Source of the DNA: Raphidiopsis brookii D9 | GTDB taxonomy: Bacteria > Cyanobacteriota > Cyanobacteriia > Cyanobacteriales > Nostocaceae | Length of the DNA stretch: 32,000 nt | Assembly: GCA_000175855.1 (NCBI GenBank) | Contig: ACYB01000037.1 | Location: forward strand, 30,001 to 62,000 | Direction: 5' to 3' | In this document: positions 27,054 through 32,000 of the stretch, in pieces | How positions within the stretch are numbered: the stretch's first letter is position 1 | Layout: each line of letters starts with the position of its first letter | Position numbers and translations under genes: made by a program | Notes under the pieces: generated by a model | Databases searched by the model: none | Told to the model about the DNA's origin: nothing | What the model saw: only the letters and a program-made list of their open reading frames with translations

Positions 27054-28397
27054 ATGGAAGTAGATAGTTCCAAATTAGAAAAAAACTTTCATAATCTTAG
27101 GGAAATACTGTTAAGCAAAAAATTAGATCAGGAGGATTTTACAATTAATCTTAGCAGCGAGAGGAGTCAGTTTACCCGGTTCAATCAGGGAAAAGTTAGA
27201 CAAACAGGAGTAGTATATGATGGTTCTGTGCATCTAACATTAATGGCTGATAATCGCAGTGGTTTTTGTCATTTTCCTTTCACTGGTAATTGGGAGATAG
27301 ATTGGGAAGTTGCATGTCAAAATTTAGCAGAACTTAGAGAAGAAATCTCCATGTTACCAGTAGATCCCTACATAGTTTTACCTGAAGGAGAGGGAAACAT
27401 TAGGGAAATACATAAGGGTGAATTATTAGCACCAGAAAAAGTGCCCGATAGCATTTTAACATCCCTAGAAAATTTAGATTTTACTGGTATGTATGCTGGG
27501 GGTATCATTATGCGGGGGTACGGAGATTCTAAAGGAAAAAGCCACTGGTTTGTTACCAATTCTTTTAATTTGGATTATTCTTTAATTATCGCACCTAAAA
27601 AAGCGGTTAAAGCCACCTTTGCTGGGAGAGAGTGGAAACAATCAGCATATATCAATAAAATCGCGGATGGCAAAAAACAATTGTCTTTATTATCCCGTGA
27701 ACCTAGGGAATTGCCCAGGGGTAAATATAGAACCTACTTTGCTCCTGGTGCAGTAGCTGAACTTTTGGATATGTTATCCTGGGGTGCTATCAGTGAATCT
27801 TCTATACAACAGGGTAACAGTGCTTTAGCACCATTGTCAAGAGGTGAAAAACAGCTTTCACCTAAATTTAATTTAAAGGAGAACTTTAGATCTGGTTTGA
27901 CCCCCAGATTTAACAGTTTGGGAGAAATATCACCACAGGAATTAACCTTAATCGAAAATGGGGGTTTAGTCAATAGCTTGGTCAATTCCCGCACCGCTAA
28001 GGAATATAATAAAGTCAGCAATGCTGCAAACAGTTCAGAAACATTACGCTCCCCCGAAATCAAGATGGGTAATTTGGATTTTGGACATATTCTCACAAGT
28101 TTAGGAACTGGGTTATATGTTTCCAACTTACATTATTTAAACTGGAGCAACCGTCAAACTGGTAGAATCACTGGAATGACCCGGTATGCTTGTTTTTGGG
28201 TAGAAGATGGAGAGATGATCTCCCCCATAGAAAACCTACGTTTTGATGAAAGTTTGTATGACTTCTGGGGAGAAAAATTAGTTGATTTGACCAACTTTCA
28301 AGATCTAATCCCCGAAGTAGGTACATACACTAAACGTCAACTGGGTGGTAGTTTAGTACCCGGAATGTTAGTTGAGGACTTTAGTTATAGTTTCTAA
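27054..28397 (+). CDS. pmbA: PmbA/TldE-family protein (partner of TldD)
   Basis: TldD/PmbA family similarity with no HExxxH site. ATG 27054 lies 1 nt after the tldD stop (27050..27052), with GGTGGAGG inside the tldD 3' end. This suggests translational coupling. Confidence 0.8.
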   Translation: MEVDSSKLEKNFHNLREILLSKKLDQEDFTINLSSERSQFTRFNQGKVRQTGVVYDGSVHLTLMADNRSGFCHFPFTGNWEIDWEVACQNLAELREEISMLPVDPYIVLPEGEGNIREIHKGELLAPEKVPDSILTSLENLDFTGMYAGGIIMRGYGDSKGKSHWFVTNSFNLDYSLIIAPKKAVKATFAGREWKQSAYINKIADGKKQLSLLSREPRELPRGKYRTYFAPGAVAELLDMLSWGAISESSIQQGNSALAPLSRGEKQLSPKFNLKENFRSGLTPRFNSLGEISPQELTLIENGGLVNSLVNSRTAKEYNKVSNAANSSETLRSPEIKMGNLDFGHILTSLGTGLYVSNLHYLNWSNRQTGRITGMTRYACFWVEDGEMISPIENLRFDESLYDFWGEKLVDLTNFQDLIPEVGTYTKRQLGGSLVPGMLVEDFSYSF

Positions 28398-28424
28398 TGT
28401 TCTGACACCGTATGTTAGTACATT

Positions 28425-29210
28425 TTAATTAGTCTGAGTAATGATAAGTGGAGACAGGGGAAGATTGTATTTAGCTGCTAAATTGACATCGATTTCTAGG
28501 GTACTTATTTGCTGTCTCAACCAATTTGTAAATAAATCTCCTATAATTCTAACACGTATCTGTTCATTAAACTGGGGTTGAATAATCTCTTCTACCATGA
28601 TGATGCGCACCCCTTGGGGTGTGGTGATTGGTTTGAGAATTTGTGGAGGATTAGCAGCAAAAATAGCTGCAGCAATTTCTGGTCTAAAATCTTTGCGCTC
28701 ACGCATACCTTGATATCCTCCTGCTCTGCGGAGTTCTGGATTTTGAATATATTGACGAGCTATTTCATGAAAGCTAATTTCCCCTTCCTGCAGAGCATAA
28801 AATATTTCTAAAGCTAAATCTTCATCATCTAATATCACTTCATAAATAGCTGCTGCAATGTATTCCAGTTGATGAGCATAAAAAAATGATTCCACTTGGT
28901 CTGCAAATAAATGATTAGCTAATTTGGCAGATATTAGGTTGATGTAGGCAATTTCTTCAAAGTTATCTAGGGATAAATAGTGTTTCTTTAACCAGGCCCA
29001 GGTATCTTCTGCTTTCACTAGGTTGTTAGTTAATCTCAGACTGTCCGCTGCTTGCTGTAGTTCTGCTGTTGTTACCTGAATATCTTCTTTCATCGCTGTC
29101 TGTGTCACTATTTTCCTACTAGCGATCGCATCCAACATGTTGGGCATTTGACAAGATATTTTTAGGTGATAGAGAATATCTTGATCACCAACACTAAGTT
29201 TTTCTAACAT
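28425..29210 (-). CDS. parvulin/SurA-like peptidyl-prolyl isomerase domain protein
   Basis: C-terminal PpiC-type rotamase pattern (FHEIARQYIQNPELRRAGGYQGMRERKDFRPEIAAAIF...PITTPQGVRIIMVEE). ATG 29210 is preceded by GAGGAGAAAAACTT. The track extension to 29306 would overlap the HlyD gene. Confidence 0.8.
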   Translation of the reverse strand: MLEKLSVGDQDILYHLKISCQMPNMLDAIASRKIVTQTAMKEDIQVTTAELQQAADSLRLTNNLVKAEDTWAWLKKHYLSLDNFEEIAYINLISAKLANHLFADQVESFFYAHQLEYIAAAIYEVILDDEDLALEIFYALQEGEISFHEIARQYIQNPELRRAGGYQGMRERKDFRPEIAAAIFAANPPQILKPITTPQGVRIIMVEEIIQPQFNEQIRVRIIGDLFTNWLRQQISTLEIDVNLAAKYNLPLSPLIITQTN

Positions 29211-29229
29211 AAGTTTTTCTCCTCTAATC

Positions 29230-30765
29230 TTACAAATCCAAACCATTTTTCTGTAATCTTTTAAATGGATCCAATATGAGGTCAATAACTTGACGTTGAC
29301 GGACAATAAGTTCTGCGGTAGCTGTTTGACCTGGTATTAAGGGAATGGGCTTATCACCAGATTTGATATAGGGTTTTTCTAAGGCAATTTCTAGTTGGTA
29401 TGTTTCCATGCGAGTGTTGCCATTTGGTGAAACTTTTGCATCAGGTGAAATCCATAAAACTCGCCCCTGAGTTACTCCATACTCCTGGAAAGGATAAGCA
29501 TCAAATTTAATTTTTACTGGCATTCCCACTTTAATAAAACCACTTTGTTGGCTTGGTATTTCCGCTTTCAAAATTAAATTGGCATTTTTGGGAGCAATTT
29601 GAGCTACCATTTGTCCTACTTGAACAACAGCACCTGGCTTTTTAATCGGTAGCTCGAAAATTATACCATCCACAGGCGATCGCAATGTTCGTTGTTGTAA
29701 TTGTAATTGTAGGGACTTGATTTGACTTTTAGTTTGCCTAATCTCCGATTTTATACTACTAATTTGTGTTTGTAAATCTTTGAGTTGCTCCTGACTTTTT
29801 AACACTGTTAATTTACCTGCTTGGATAATACTTTGGTAACTACTTTCCTGCTCTTCTAAACGGAGTTTAGCTTGTTGAATTTCCGACCTTAATTGATTCA
29901 TGAGTGAGTTATATCGGCTTAATTCTTCCCGTAGTTGTAAACTAGCTTTTTGCAGATTATAACTAGCTTCCTGTCGTAATCGTTGACTATCTTCTGCTGT
30001 TTTTTCTATCTCCACAAATCGGGTTTGAGGAATTATCCCCTCCTGTAAGAGTTGGTTATAGCGAGCAACTTCTAGGGAATCCCGACGTAAACGGTTTTCA
30101 GCCAATCCATAGGCAACTTGGGTAGACTGGATGTTATGTTTTACTTGTTCTACCTGTGTAAGTCTTTCCAATTTTTGCAACTGATATGCACTCTGTTTAG
30201 CATCGAGATTTTCCCTTGCTTGATTTAATTGGGCAAGTTTTTCTAGGGATTGGGATTGATTTTGTTGTTTTTGAATATTAATAGCCAGTAACACCTGATT
30301 ATATAACAATTCTATTTGGGTTTGACGATTGACTAAACCCTCTAATTTTGCCTGAGCTTCTTGTAATTGTGTGCGCACTAATTGAGAGTCAATTTCCATC
30401 AAAGGTTGTCCAGCTTGAACCCTAGCACCTTCTTTAACATTAACTGCAACCACACTACCCATAACCGAACTATCTAACTTATGAGTTGCACCTTTTGGTT
30501 CCATTCTACCACTAGCACTCCCCGTTTCGTCAATTTGAGAGAACATAATCCATGGTAAAGCAACTGCTGTAAAACTAACCAGTAAATACAGCATGGATCT
30601 GGTCCACACTTTTGGTAAAGCATCTAATAATTCTTCCGTGCCATAAAACCAGTCTTTAACTGAAGTTTCTACCTGTTTGGGATTTTCTTGACTAATAATT
30701 TCGGCAATTTGCGGTTGTTCTGATATCAAAATTGCTGAAGATGAATTATAGGTTGATTGTGGCAT
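29230..30765 (-). CDS. HlyD-family periplasmic adaptor (membrane fusion) protein
   Basis: N-terminal TM helix (MLYLLVSFTAVALPWIMF), biotinyl-lipoyl-like halves (VKEGARVQAGQPLMEID ... VQVGQMVAQIAP), and a long Q/L-rich coiled coil. ATG 30765 with GAGGGAAGAG upstream is preferred over GTG 30789. Confidence 0.88.
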   Translation of the reverse strand: MPQSTYNSSSAILISEQPQIAEIISQENPKQVETSVKDWFYGTEELLDALPKVWTRSMLYLLVSFTAVALPWIMFSQIDETGSASGRMEPKGATHKLDSSVMGSVVAVNVKEGARVQAGQPLMEIDSQLVRTQLQEAQAKLEGLVNRQTQIELLYNQVLLAINIQKQQNQSQSLEKLAQLNQARENLDAKQSAYQLQKLERLTQVEQVKHNIQSTQVAYGLAENRLRRDSLEVARYNQLLQEGIIPQTRFVEIEKTAEDSQRLRQEASYNLQKASLQLREELSRYNSLMNQLRSEIQQAKLRLEEQESSYQSIIQAGKLTVLKSQEQLKDLQTQISSIKSEIRQTKSQIKSLQLQLQQRTLRSPVDGIIFELPIKKPGAVVQVGQMVAQIAPKNANLILKAEIPSQQSGFIKVGMPVKIKFDAYPFQEYGVTQGRVLWISPDAKVSPNGNTRMETYQLEIALEKPYIKSGDKPIPLIPGQTATAELIVRQRQVIDLILDPFKRLQKNGLDL

Positions 30766-30788
30766 AAATTTCTCTTCCCTCAAGTTCA

Positions 30789-32000
30789 CTAACTAACTAC
30801 AGATAACTGTTGTTGATTAAGATAGTAATAATTTCCACGTTTAGCAATCAATTCCTCATGAGTACCTTGTTCCACTAAAATTCCCCGATCTAATACTAAA
30901 ATTAAGTCAGCATGACGTACAGTAGACAGACGATGGGCAATAATTAAACTAGTGCGTCCTTTAAGAATTTTCTGCAAGTTTTTTTGAATGATTCTTTCAG
31001 ATTCTGCATCCAGGTGACTGGTGGCTTCATCTAATATTAGAAGGCGCGGATTTCCTAATAATGCTCTAGCTATAGCTAAACGTTGTCTTTGTCCCCCCGA
31101 TAACATACCTCCTCCTTCACCAATTTGAGTTTCGTAACCCATGGGCATAAATTTAATAAATTCATCTGCACCCGCTAATTGTGCCACAGTAATGATTTCT
31201 TCTAAGGTGGATTCTGGATGGGCAATACTGATGTTTTCTCTAATTGTACCACCAAATAAAAATGTGTCCTGGTCCACAACCCCTATTTGAGACCGCAAAG
31301 ATTTGAGAGCAATACTTGTCACATCTTGGTTGTCTATTAAAATTCTACCATCTGTCGCAGGATATAATCCTAAAATTAGTTTGGATAGAGTGGTCTTGCC
31401 AGATCCACTTCTTCCTACTACCGCCACAGTTTGTTCAGGTTTAATGTGAAAGTTTATATTTTCTAAAATATTAATATCGCTATCTTTGTGATAACGAAAG
31501 GTGACATTTTCAAAGCGAATTTCTCCCCTTAGTTTTGACAGAGTTTGTCGAGGTTGTATAACTAAATCTTCTTCTACTTCTGCTTCTAATACATCATTAA
31601 TGCGCTCGGTAGAAACTATAACCTCTTGAAGTTGATTCCACAAAACAATTAACCTTTGAAAAGGCTGGATAATGCTGCCTAATAACATATTAAAGGCTAC
31701 CAGTTGACCAATAGTCAACTGATTTTGAATTACTAACCAGGCACCAAACCAGAGCAAGCCTGTTGTTGCTAAAGATTGAATGGTGGCACTAATTACTTGT
31801 AACTTATTACTAATTATTTGAACAGCAAAGTTTTTCTTGGTCAAATTATGTAGTAATTCTTCCCATCGCCATCTTACAGTTTGTTCTATAGCCAGGGAAC
31901 GAACTGATGAAATGCCAGTTAAAGCTTGAATTAAATAGCTATTCTCTTTGGCTAATGCTCCAAATACTTCACGACTAATACGTCTCAAAAAAGGTGTGGC
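30789..32000 (-). CDS. ABC exporter, fused TMD-NBD (bacteriocin/type I secretion type); 5' end lies outside the window
   Basis: Walker A GRSGSGKTT, signature LSGGQRQR, Walker B LLILDEATS, H-loop IIAHRL. The reading frame stays open to position 32000; the M at 31988 in the track is an internal TTG codon. The N-terminal domains cannot be seen. Confidence 0.9.
   Translation of the reverse strand, partial: ATPFLRRISREVFGALAKENSYLIQALTGISSVRSLAIEQTVRWRWEELLHNLTKKNFAVQIISNKLQVISATIQSLATTGLLWFGAWLVIQNQLTIGQLVAFNMLLGSIIQPFQRLIVLWNQLQEVIVSTERINDVLEAEVEEDLVIQPRQTLSKLRGEIRFENVTFRYHKDSDINILENINFHIKPEQTVAVVGRSGSGKTTLSKLILGLYPATDGRILIDNQDVTSIALKSLRSQIGVVDQDTFLFGGTIRENISIAHPESTLEEIITVAQLAGADEFIKFMPMGYETQIGEGGGMLSGGQRQRLAIARALLGNPRLLILDEATSHLDAESERIIQKNLQKILKGRTSLIIAHRLSTVRHADLILVLDRGILVEQGTHEELIAKRGNYYYLNQQQLSVVS

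Noticed and set aside
5760-28811. Other short track ORFs nested in or antisense to well-supported genes: 3621..3806 (same strand as the kinase gene, different frame), 5760..5975, 7182..7391, 8999..9244, 9304..9513, 10537..10767, 14458..14730, 14950..15141, 16760..16993, 18340..18630, 18524..18724, 20501..20692, 22509..22844, 22929..23150, 26012..26978 set, 27368..27559, 27734..28126, 28578..28811
   Set aside because: Each lies inside a longer ORF with clear family identity. None shows its own RBS or recognisable motifs. They are typical shadow frames in AT-rich DNA.
1-32000. CRISPR arrays, IS elements/transposases, prophage or defence-system genes
   Set aside because: I looked on both strands. 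There are no regularly spaced direct repeats and no transposase, integrase or Cas-like ORFs. No large unassigned ORF remains that could host such a system.

Overview
This window looks like a core chromosomal segment of a cyanobacterium. It is AT-rich, and I counted 15 copies of the HIP1 octamer GCGATCGC. The gene content is mainly photosynthesis and housekeeping. A heterocystous or filamentous (Nostocales-like) origin is only a guess, based on the PetL, PsbT and PsbB sequences.

Recognisable genes, in order:
- nadC
- a PstS-like periplasmic binding domain fused through one TM helix to DUF4912
- a 4-Cys-prefix Ser/Thr kinase
- aroB, petL (missed by the ORF track) and bioB
- selO/ydiU, with a frame break
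- a 75-aa membrane protein
- the petC-petA operon and gcvT-gcvH
- a lumenal pentapeptide-repeat protein and tRNA-Gly(CCC)
- three components of a peptide/nickel-type ABC importer (no ATPase gene present)
- psbB-psbT (psbT missed by the ORF track)
- coaBC, pheA, a DUF1997 protein, moaB and psb28
- a His-rich COG0523 metallochaperone
- cysS and a tldD/pmbA pair
- at the right edge, a bacteriocin-type export operon: ABC exporter (truncated by the window), HlyD adaptor and a parvulin-like PPIase

I found no transposase, integrase, CRISPR array, phage genes or obvious foreign island, so I cannot honestly point to a clear novel multi-gene system.

The points most worth a second look:
1. Three frame anomalies, all at homopolymer runs. 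The selO N-terminus is cut off from its ATG at a C6 run. A compensated double frameshift scrambles about 20 codons of the DppB-like permease.
2. An unexplained 108-nt four-way-junction fold, with flanking hairpins, in the 335-nt spacer upstream of psbB. One flanking hairpin is a terminator-like element on the antisense strand.
3. The export operon lies convergent to tldD/pmbA, and no precursor peptide gene is visible in the window.
4. A phased 10-mer repeat overlaps the -10 boxes between the COG0523 gene and cysS.
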